In this document: positions 1 through 7,053 of the stretch, piece after piece
Position numbering within the stretch: the stretch's first letter is position 1
Layout: each line of letters opens with the position of its first letter
From: a virus
IMG/VR virus record: IMGVR_UViG_3300007609_000008
Coordinates: 61,422-125,421 of that record
Direction: 5' to 3' (one strand)
Length of the DNA: 64,000 bases
Notes under the pieces: model-generated
The model's input: only the letters and a program-made list of their open reading frames with translations
Told to the model about the DNA's origin: nothing
Database searches by the model: none
Translations under genes and position numbers: made by a program

Positions 1-9
1 GAATTTTCT

Positions 10-759
10 ATGCCAAAGAAGAATCTTCAGTTAGTACAAAACGAAAAAAATGAAAGACGCCCCTCAAACAGTCTCAAGATTACTCTTGACGACATGATTA
101 CGATTTCAGCAAAGACCGAAAATCAAGGCCAGTTTATGTCCCAATACAGACATAACCCGGCCTTTTTATTGCATGGCTGTGCTGGAACGGGAAAAACTTT
201 CATTGCCTTATATCGTGCGTTAGAAGAAGTGTTAGATAAACAAAACGGTTATGGTAAAGTAGTTGTTGTGCGATCCGCAGTACCTAGCAGAGACATTGGT
301 CACTTACCTGGAAGCGAGGAGGAGAAAACAGAAGTTTACAGTGCGCCTTATCAATCTATGTGTCAGGAATTTTTTCCCACAAAAGATAAGCCGTATCAAC
401 GATTAGTGGAGCAGAAACATTTAGAGTTTATGTGTACATCTTATGTAAGAGGCATTACATTAGACCACGCAATCGTTATTGTTGATGAGTGTCAGAACTT
501 GAATGACATGGAACTTAATAGTATAATGACACGAGTAGGCGTTAATACAAAGATTATTTTTTGCGGAGACTTCCGACAAACAGATTTGTCTAAACGCTAC
601 GATATGTCAGGCATGCGTCAGTTTATGATTACAACCGAAGCTATGCCGTCATTCTGCTCAGTTGAGTTTGGCCCGGAAGATATTGTCAGATCCGAGCTAG
701 TCAAAGAGTATATCTTAGCCAGAATGCAGTATGAGGACGACTATGGCGTAAGTATCTGA
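10..759 (+). CDS. phoH: PhoH-like ATPase
   Basis: Walker A GCAGTGKT, VVVRSAVP..IGHLPG, YVRGITLD..IIVDECQN and GDFRQTDL motifs of the PhoH family. Confidence 0.95.
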   Translation: MPKKNLQLVQNEKNERRPSNSLKITLDDMITISAKTENQGQFMSQYRHNPAFLLHGCAGTGKTFIALYRALEEVLDKQNGYGKVVVVRSAVPSRDIGHLPGSEEEKTEVYSAPYQSMCQEFFPTKDKPYQRLVEQKHLEFMCTSYVRGITLDHAIVIVDECQNLNDMELNSIMTRVGVNTKIIFCGDFRQTDLSKRYDMSGMRQFMITTEAMPSFCSVEFGPEDIVRSELVKEYILARMQYEDDYGVSI

Positions 760-780
760 TTTAATTGAAGTAATTAATTT

Positions 781-821
781 AGAGTCCCTAAGGAAATCAA
801 GTACTTAGGGACTCTTTTTTT
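781..821 (+). terminator. Rho-independent terminator after phoH
   Basis: 12-bp perfect stem AGAGTCCCTAAG / CTTAGGGACTCT followed by a T run. Confidence 0.8.
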
Positions 822-823
822 GC

Positions 824-852
824 TTGACATTTAGGCAAACACTTGCTATAAT
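824..852 (+). promoter_or_regulatory. sigma70 consensus (early) promoter
   Basis: TTGACA (824-829), 17 nt, TATAAT (847-852), with extended -10 TG. Confidence 0.85.
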
Positions 853-863
853 AGCTATACAAA

Positions 864-1097
864 ATGAAAAAGGAGATTGACATGTGGAATTTAGAAGGTA
901 TGCGAGTTACAGGCACTTACCTAGACGTAGTAGAAGTCTCTGGTAAAGTCACTCACAGCCGAGTAGCATACGGTGGTGGTGTTGAGCATCATGTTAAAAT
1001 TGATGAGGGATTCACCGCAGTAAATGGTCGCTTGACACGACCCGCAGGTGATGTTATAATTATTCATCACAAACACATTACGGGAGTGCGTGACTAA
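864..1097 (+). CDS. hypothetical protein (77 aa)
   Basis: ORF track; AGGAG just upstream of the internal ATG at 882, which may be the real start. Confidence 0.7.
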   Translation: MKKEIDMWNLEGMRVTGTYLDVVEVSGKVTHSRVAYGGGVEHHVKIDEGFTAVNGRLTRPAGDVIIIHHKHITGVRD

Positions 1098-1240
1098 TGA
1101 TTATTTTAAGCAATGGCCAGTCACAACAATTCTTTTCTTGTTATGCAGAAATTATAGATTTCATTGGCAACAGTGAGTTCAATTCAGTGATGAGTGGTGA
1201 TCATCCACAGTACACATTGTCGTATGTGTCAATAACTTAA
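1097..1240 (+). CDS. small hypothetical protein (47 aa, MIILSNGQSQQFFSCYAEII...), not in ORF track
   Basis: Fills the gap exactly, with TAATG stop/start overlaps to both neighbours. Confidence 0.6.
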   Translation: MIILSNGQSQQFFSCYAEIIDFIGNSEFNSVMSGDHPQYTLSYVSIT

Positions 1241-2088
1241 TGAAAATATTCATTCCAACAGTAAATAGACCTGACAACCAGATTACTTACAATAATCTTC
1301 CAGATTCTTTGAAGAAAAATGTAACCATGGTTGTTCAAGCATGGGAAAGAGATAAGTATAATTACGATTGTGATTATCTTGTTCTTCCAGACACTGAAGA
1401 ATTTCATTTCAGTCACTACTACTGTATATCAAAAACTCGCAAATTTATTTACGAAGCGGGTAAAGATATAAAGTATGCTGTATTAGACGATGACTTGTTG
1501 TTTGGCAGAAGAAATGCAAAATACTGGACAGGCATTTCTAATATGGAAATGTCAAAAAGAAAGTCTACCGAGCAAGATGTTTTAGACATGTTTGCGATGT
1601 ATGAAAAATGGTTAGATGAAGAAGAAGTCACTGTTTGTGGTTGTTCACATTCAGAAAATCCTCCTGGCAACAAAGCGTTTACTCGTAACAGTTCTTTAGG
1701 CAGTGCATTGTGGATCAATGGTAAAGACTTCAAAGATGAGTTGCCAGAACTTGATCTTACTTCTGTTAAAGTTATGGAAGATACCTACTTTTTACTTCAG
1801 TTATTGAGTAGAGGTTATGGAAATAAAGTCAGCCAAGAATTTGTATTCTTTAATCAAAGTGTGCATAAGAAGAGTATGCAGTCTACTATATGGGACGAGC
1901 AGACGTTTCAGAATACACTGAAAGATCATAAAATAGTAGAAGCAGCCTTTCCTGGCATATTTACTATATTATACGATGAAAATGGTGAAAGAGTTAAAGG
2001 CGGCTTCAGAGATTTTGGTAAAGTTCGTGTACAGTGGAGTAAGGCATACAATAAAAAGTATGATTCATTGGACCACTTGTTTGATTAA
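1240..2088 (+). CDS. GT-A glycosyltransferase, T-even beta-glucosyl-HMC-alpha-glucosyltransferase / TAGT-like
   Basis: IFIPT..R, ISKTRKFI, YAVLDDD, MEDTYFLLQLLSRGY pattern resembles the T2/T6 enzyme as recalled. Confidence 0.7.
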   Translation: MKIFIPTVNRPDNQITYNNLPDSLKKNVTMVVQAWERDKYNYDCDYLVLPDTEEFHFSHYYCISKTRKFIYEAGKDIKYAVLDDDLLFGRRNAKYWTGISNMEMSKRKSTEQDVLDMFAMYEKWLDEEEVTVCGCSHSENPPGNKAFTRNSSLGSALWINGKDFKDELPELDLTSVKVMEDTYFLLQLLSRGYGNKVSQEFVFFNQSVHKKSMQSTIWDEQTFQNTLKDHKIVEAAFPGIFTILYDENGERVKGGFRDFGKVRVQWSKAYNKKYDSLDHLFD

Positions 2089-2089
2089 T

Positions 2090-2164
2090 GCGCTTGTGGT
2101 GAAAGGGATATCACAGGAGCCTTCTAAGCTCTTATTCCAGGTTCGAATCCTGGCAGGCGTACCA
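2090..2164 (+). tRNA. trnR: tRNA-Arg (anticodon TCT)
   Basis: Acceptor GCGCTTG/CAGGCGT, D stem GTGA/TCAC, anticodon arm GGAGC-CTTCTAA-GCTCT, T arm CCAGG-TTCGAAT-CCTGG, encoded CCA. Confidence 0.97.
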
Positions 2165-2178
2165 AATTTAGGAATATT

Positions 2179-2841
2179 ATGAAAAATTTTATACACATTG
2201 AAGCTCCAACATTACCATCTCTGTCTCGTAAAAACATAGACGGCAAGAGAGTATATGTAAATGGAGATGGAGATAAATATCCATCTGTCACTTCAGTTCT
2301 TTCTGTTCGTGGTAAGAAAGGTATATTTGAGTGGCGCCAACGAGTTGGTGCAGAAGAAGCAGATAGAGTTTCACGTAAAGCCTCTACTCGAGGCACAAGA
2401 ATACATAAATTGTGTGAAACATACTTGCTTAACGAAGAACTACCTGAATTGTTGCCACTAGACTTAGATACTTGGAAAAAATTTCGACCTATTGTTGAGC
2501 GCATAGATAATATTCATTACGTTGAACCATTTCTGTATAGTAATCATTTAGGAATGGCAGGTCAGTGTGACTGTATTGCAGAGTTTGATGGTAAGTTGTC
2601 GGTCATTGACTTTAAGACTTCACGCCGTCTCAAAAAGCATGAAGGCATTTCAGGTTACTTTGCTCAATGTGCTGCATATGCTGTTATGTATGAGGAACTA
2701 ACTGGAATCGCTATAAATAGAACAGTTGTCCTTATTGCAGTAGATGGTGAAGAGCCACAAATCTTTATAGAGAAGCGTGACAATTACACTGACTATCTTT
2801 TAGAGTCAAAAAGAATGTTTGAAAATGGCGAATACGACTAG
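2179..2841 (+). CDS. PD-(D/E)XK exonuclease (T4-like marine phage type)
   Basis: YPSVTSVL, RGTRIH, AGQCDCIAE, IDFKTS, QCAAYA motifs. Confidence 0.88.
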   Translation: MKNFIHIEAPTLPSLSRKNIDGKRVYVNGDGDKYPSVTSVLSVRGKKGIFEWRQRVGAEEADRVSRKASTRGTRIHKLCETYLLNEELPELLPLDLDTWKKFRPIVERIDNIHYVEPFLYSNHLGMAGQCDCIAEFDGKLSVIDFKTSRRLKKHEGISGYFAQCAAYAVMYEELTGIAINRTVVLIAVDGEEPQIFIEKRDNYTDYLLESKRMFENGEYD

Positions 2842-2850
2842 GAGAAACAT

Positions 2851-3240
2851 ATGAGAGCATTACTTTTTATAGCAGCACTAGTACCATCAATCGCATTTGC
2901 TCAGATTGAGATAGTTTCAAAGCGACCTTACTATGTTATGGTTACTCAGCAAGAATGTGAGATACGAGAAGTCTATGTTGAGAATACTACAGGCGCATCA
3001 ATCGTAGGTGGTGTCATCGGAGCAGCTATCGGCAATGAGATTGGCGGCGGTTCGGGTAGAAAGATTGCTACTGTAGTCGGTGCAATTACTGGCGCTAATG
3101 TTGGACGCACTCGTGCCCAGAACAATGGCAGAATAGAACAACGACAGATTTGCCGTGATGTGCAAGTGCAAGAGCAGCGTGGTGAATATGTCACAATGCG
3201 ATACAACGGCAAGTTGTTTACACAATTATTTAATTTTTAG
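2851..3240 (+). CDS. secreted glycine-zipper 2TM protein (YcfJ/SlyB-like)
   Basis: Signal peptide ending AFA; GSIVGGVIGAAIGNEIGGGSGRKIATVVGAITGANVG zipper. Confidence 0.8.
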   Translation: MRALLFIAALVPSIAFAQIEIVSKRPYYVMVTQQECEIREVYVENTTGASIVGGVIGAAIGNEIGGGSGRKIATVVGAITGANVGRTRAQNNGRIEQRQICRDVQVQEQRGEYVTMRYNGKLFTQLFNF

Positions 3241-3243
3241 AAT

Positions 3244-3535
3244 TCGTTGAAGCATGTAATAGGAAGTTTGGACAGGGGTGCAACTCCCCTCGCCTCCACC
3301 ATAAGCACATTGGCTTATGTTCGTATCAAGACCGTAAGTGGAACAATACGATCCCAGTGTGTTTATGATGGGGGCGATTTAGATTCGACAGACAACTGAA
3401 AGCATGTGGAGAATAGGTGCGGGAGCTACCTTAAATGCAACAAACTTAATAAATGCCAACGATGAAGCATTTTCTCTAGCCGCTTAGGTTAGATGAGGTA
3501 TGGGTACCGCCTTATAACCAAATGGGCCCACAACT
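3244..3535 (+). ncRNA. ssrA: circularly permuted (two-piece) tmRNA; acceptor piece ends 3301, coding piece starts 3370, tag ANDEAFSLAA at 3455-3487; outer ends approximate
   Basis: T arm AGGGG-TGCAACT-CCCCT plus CGCCTCC-ACCA lies upstream of GGGGGCG..GATTCGAC; G3:U70 pair; P2 CAGAC/GTTTG; in-frame tag ending LAA-TAG. Confidence 0.93.
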
Positions 3536-3548
3536 AAGGAAGACAATC

Positions 3549-4145
3549 ATGAATCTAGTAAGAGAAACACTTCCTATGATTGCAGCAGTAGTAGTGCTCG
3601 TCATAGTAAGTAAGTTAGCTTATAATGAAAATGATGTTCAAGCGGCACCTGTAGCTAAAGACACTACAAGTGTAGCTAGACCTAATTCGTTCTATCAAGT
3701 AGCACAAAAAGAGACTCACTGTCTTGCTACTAATATGTATTTTGAAGCACGAGGTGAATCATTTGAAGGCAAGAAAGCAGTCGCCTTCGTGACTCTCAAT
3801 CGTGTAGACAGCGATAAATTCCCAAACAACATTTGTGATGTAGTGTATCAAGCACAACACTCTTATTGGTGGAAGACCCAGAGAGATCGTCTTGTGCCGA
3901 TTCGTCACAAGTGTCAGTTCAGTTGGTATTGTGATGGCAAATCAGATACTATCAGAAACACGCATGAATATGAATCACTATATAGATTAGCAAGTGAAAT
4001 TATTGTTGGCAAACACCAAGACAACACAGGCGGTGCTGATTACTATCATGCAACACATGTAAAGCCTAAGTGGCGCACAGCTTTTAATCAGACTACACAA
4101 ATAGATGAGCACATATTCTATTCCTCGCTTGACAAGAAAATCTAA
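3549..4145 (+). CDS. SleB-like cell wall hydrolase (Hydrolase_2)
   Basis: CLATNMYFEARGE, AVAFVTLNRV, FPNNICDVVYQ, CQFSWYCDG, GGADYYHA, IDEHIFY; start at ATG 3549 after AAGGA rather than 3522. Confidence 0.9.
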   Translation: MNLVRETLPMIAAVVVLVIVSKLAYNENDVQAAPVAKDTTSVARPNSFYQVAQKETHCLATNMYFEARGESFEGKKAVAFVTLNRVDSDKFPNNICDVVYQAQHSYWWKTQRDRLVPIRHKCQFSWYCDGKSDTIRNTHEYESLYRLASEIIVGKHQDNTGGADYYHATHVKPKWRTAFNQTTQIDEHIFYSSLDKKI

Positions 4146-4156
4146 TAGTGTATAAT
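4129..4156 (+). promoter_or_regulatory. sigma70-like promoter
   Basis: TTGACA, 16 nt, TATAAT directly upstream of ORF 4164. Confidence 0.65.
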
Positions 4157-4163
4157 AAAATAT

Positions 4164-5018
4164 ATGAGTGAAAAAGCAAGAATTGTTGTTACAGGTGGAT
4201 GTGGATTTATTGGTTCACATTTAGTGCAAAGATTAGCCGAAATTGGTTTCTATGTTTATGTAGTAGACGACATGAGGCAAGGAGATTATGTGTTTGATCT
4301 TCCTAATGTCGAGTATTTTTTTGAAGATGTTGCTACGTGTCAACTAACAGAAAAAATAAAACGTCCACTTGGAATTATTCACCTAGCAAATAGTCCTCGT
4401 GTTCGGCGTTCTTTTGAAGAGCCTAGAGACACTATAAATAATAATATAACTACAACGACTGCTGTTTGTGATTGGGCAAGATACTGGCAAACTTTTCTGT
4501 TCTTCGCCACATCTTCAAGCACACAGTATAAAGATTCGGTCAATCCTTATACTTGGAGCAAAGCAGCGTGTGAAGGAATATTGGACTTGTACAAAGAACT
4601 TTATGATTTAAAATTCATGAAAATGTTCTTCTACAATGTTTACGGACCTGGTGAAGCAGATTATGGTCCATACAGTACAGTAATAAGAAAGTTTAAGAAA
4701 GATTATTTGAAAGGTAATTCTCTTACTATTTTTGGAAACGGAAGCAAAGAAAGAGACTTTACTCATGTTGATGATGTTGTACAAGGCATATTGCAATTAT
4801 TAGTAGATCCTAGGCACTTAGAAGAAGTACACTTCGGTAAAGGTGATCCTAAGACTATACTATCAATTGCTCAAGCATTTAATACCTCAATCGTTCACAG
4901 TTTTGATAAACCAGGAGAAGCGCAGACAACACTCTGTACAAATCCTTATATAGAATGTCCTAATGATGTATTCAGTTACATAGATAACTGGATTAAGGAG
5001 AACAAGATTGACAATTAG
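4164..5018 (+). CDS. NAD-dependent nucleotide-sugar epimerase/dehydratase (extended SDR)
   Basis: VTGGCGFIGSHL, YTWSK (YxxxK), FYNVYGP, GNGSKERDFTHVDDVV. Confidence 0.92.
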   Translation: MSEKARIVVTGGCGFIGSHLVQRLAEIGFYVYVVDDMRQGDYVFDLPNVEYFFEDVATCQLTEKIKRPLGIIHLANSPRVRRSFEEPRDTINNNITTTTAVCDWARYWQTFLFFATSSSTQYKDSVNPYTWSKAACEGILDLYKELYDLKFMKMFFYNVYGPGEADYGPYSTVIRKFKKDYLKGNSLTIFGNGSKERDFTHVDDVVQGILQLLVDPRHLEEVHFGKGDPKTILSIAQAFNTSIVHSFDKPGEAQTTLCTNPYIECPNDVFSYIDNWIKENKIDN

Positions 5019-5298
5019 AGTAGTAAACGAATTTATGGCGAACTTAGATAAACTTACCGACGTTTTTATCATAACAAAAAAGTTTAATACGCCCGCAGAA
5101 TTTTCTCAGCATATAGAAAGACGAGCTGTTCATACAAAATCAAGTTGCATGGATATTTTAATAGAATATTGTATGAGTAATGATATTGAAATTGAAAGTG
5201 TCAATAAACTGCTGAGTTCTAGTCTCAAAGAAAAACTTGAGGCAGAGGCGCAAGAATTAAATCTTCTTAAGGTGAAATCAAATAAACTACCTTTTTAA
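5008..5298 (+). CDS. gp33: late promoter transcription coactivator
   Basis: FSQHIE..MDIL.EYC..NDIEIESV.KLLS.SLKEKL..EAQELNLLK; position before gp59-gp32. Confidence 0.85.
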   Translation: MTIRVVNEFMANLDKLTDVFIITKKFNTPAEFSQHIERRAVHTKSSCMDILIEYCMSNDIEIESVNKLLSSSLKEKLEAEAQELNLLKVKSNKLPF

Positions 5299-5299
5299 T

Positions 5300-5896
5300 A
5301 TGGAACCATTTGAAGTATATAGATTATACTTAGCTCTAAAGTTGCACTTCACTACAAAGGGCTACGATATAACCAAAACTCTTGGTGCTGTTACTGGTAA
5401 AAAAGAAACTTTTCTAAAACGTAAAGACTTAACATCGATACGTAAGTTAGCACGGGATCATAAAAGATCTGAAATTATTGATATTCTAGTAGCAAACTTT
5501 GCAAGTGGAGACAAATGGGGCGGAGTATTCGACTCAGAATGTGTAGAAACTTACAAAAAATGGTTGACAACCAAGCAAAGAATGTTATATAATTTTAGTA
5601 CAGACTTAGATAATATTCTGTTTCGAATGGAAAAAGATGAAGTCAAGTCTGCTATACAAGAAGGCGCACATCCTCTGATATTTAGAATGTACATGGGTCG
5701 TGATATTAATCTAGAAACATTAGTAATGCTAGAAAAAATAAGACCCTTTGTTGACAAGTATAGTGGTGATTTTGTACTTGAGGATATATGTCTTCTTATA
5801 ACGAAGTATAAGCCCTTTGTCAGATTTGACAAAGAGAAAGTTAATTTACAACACATGGAGAAATTGATTTCAATTTACGGTCATGAGCAAATCTAA
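5300..5896 (+). CDS. gp59: helicase loader
   Basis: FEVYRLYLALKLHFT...YD; synteny gp33-gp59-gp32. Confidence 0.88.
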   Translation: MEPFEVYRLYLALKLHFTTKGYDITKTLGAVTGKKETFLKRKDLTSIRKLARDHKRSEIIDILVANFASGDKWGGVFDSECVETYKKWLTTKQRMLYNFSTDLDNILFRMEKDEVKSAIQEGAHPLIFRMYMGRDINLETLVMLEKIRPFVDKYSGDFVLEDICLLITKYKPFVRFDKEKVNLQHMEKLISIYGHEQI

Positions 5897-6035
5897 CAAA
5901 TATAAGCCACAAGAAAAGCGCATCAAGCGTGTGGAGAAGAAGCCTGGCAAGAACATTGACAGGGAATTAAAGCGTATAAATAAGATGGATACATCAAAGC
6001 TAGACGATGTATTTGAAGACCTTTATACAAAGTAA
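5883..6035 (+). CDS. small basic hypothetical protein (50 aa, MSKSNKYKPQEKRIKR...), not in ORF track
   Basis: Open frame from ATG 5883 to TAA 6035 overlapping the gp59 end; phage-like codon use. Confidence 0.6.
   Translation: MSKSNKYKPQEKRIKRVEKKPGKNIDRELKRINKMDTSKLDDVFEDLYTK
5975..5982 (+). promoter_or_regulatory. T4-type late promoter TATAAATA upstream of gp32
   Basis: Exact consensus. Confidence 0.55.
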
Positions 6036-6083
6036 TATAACGCAATATAACGCAATACAAACTATACAACGCATACACAGGAG
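6034..6083 (+). promoter_or_regulatory. repetitive unstructured gp32 leader, putative autogenous operator
   Basis: AATATAACGC x2, AATACAAACT, ATACAACGC, ATACAC abutting AGGAG. Confidence 0.5.
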
Positions 6084-6091
6084 ATATCTAT

Positions 6092-7012
6092 ATGTCGTTT
6101 AACTCACTATCCGAGCTACGTAATGCACGTGGCAACTTTGACTCTCTAATGAAAGAAGTAGAGAAACTTGATTCACCACAGCAAGGCAACAAAGGTGATG
6201 ACAGAGAATGGAAGCCTACAGTAGACCAAGCAGGTAATGGTTATGCTGTCATTCGCTTCTTGCCAGCACCTCAAGGTGAAGACATGCCTTGGGCTCAACT
6301 TTGGAATCATGGCTTCCAAGGTCCAACAGGTAAGTGGTACATTGAAAACTCACTTACAACTCTCAAGCAAACTGACCCTGTATCAGAACTCAACTCCGAG
6401 CTTTGGAATAGCGGCGTAGAAGCTAACAAAGAAATCGCTCGTAAGCAAAAGCGCCGTCTCTCTTATTACGCTAACATTCTAGTCGTAGAAGATTCGGGCA
6501 ATCCTGCTAACAATGGCAAAGTCTTTCTTTACAAGTTCGGTAAGAAAATCTTCGACAAGATCAAGGACGCTATGCAGCCTGAGTTCCAAGATGAAGCTCC
6601 AATGAATCCATTCGACTTCTGGGACGGTGCTAACTTCAAGCTGAAGATTCGTCAAGTAGAAGGCTATCGTAACTACGACAAGTCAGAGTTTGCAGCTCCT
6701 AGTGCTGTAGCTGAATCAGACGAAGCTATCGAGGCTATCTGGAAGCAGCAACACTCACTTGCTGAAATCATTGCTCCTTCTAACTTCAAGTCATACGATG
6801 AACTCAAGAAGAAGCTAGACTTTGTACTTGGTTCAGGTGCTAAAGTAGGTACAGCAGAGAGCATCTCAGCTACTACTGGTGATTCATCTGATGATGACTT
6901 TCTAAAAGATGTCACAGCAGCAGTTGAGAGTCGGCAAGACACTTCTACCGCTGTTGCTGACGATGAAGATGATACAATGTCATACTTCGCTAAACTAGCT
7001 CAAGATGACTAG
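6092..7012 (+). CDS. gp32: single-stranded DNA binding protein
   Basis: GNGYAVIRFLP, WYIENSLTT, FLYKFGKKIFDKI, FDFWDGANFKLKI, NYDKSEF, acidic tail. Confidence 0.97.
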   Translation: MSFNSLSELRNARGNFDSLMKEVEKLDSPQQGNKGDDREWKPTVDQAGNGYAVIRFLPAPQGEDMPWAQLWNHGFQGPTGKWYIENSLTTLKQTDPVSELNSELWNSGVEANKEIARKQKRRLSYYANILVVEDSGNPANNGKVFLYKFGKKIFDKIKDAMQPEFQDEAPMNPFDFWDGANFKLKIRQVEGYRNYDKSEFAAPSAVAESDEAIEAIWKQQHSLAEIIAPSNFKSYDELKKKLDFVLGSGAKVGTAESISATTGDSSDDDFLKDVTAAVESRQDTSTAVADDEDDTMSYFAKLAQDD

Positions 7013-7026
7013 TAATTTTATTTAAG

Positions 7027-7053
7027 AAAAAGGGGCCTCTAGCCCCTTTTTTT
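7027..7053. terminator. bidirectional terminator between convergent gp32 and tape-measure candidate
   Basis: AAAAAGGGGC-CTCTA-GCCCCTTTTTTT. Confidence 0.88.

Noticed and set aside
10-759. phoH as a novel auxiliary gene
   Set aside because: It is widespread in marine T4-like phages and unremarkable here.
2179-2841. Cas4-like nuclease plus short repeats (6034-6078, 12193-12269) as a CRISPR element
   Set aside because: No repeat-spacer array; the repeats are tandem or coding, and the nuclease is a common T4-like exonuclease.
3522-3548. ORF-track start of the SleB-like gene
   Set aside because: It overlaps the tmRNA 3' region; ATG 3549 has the SD and gives a clean hydrophobic N-terminus.
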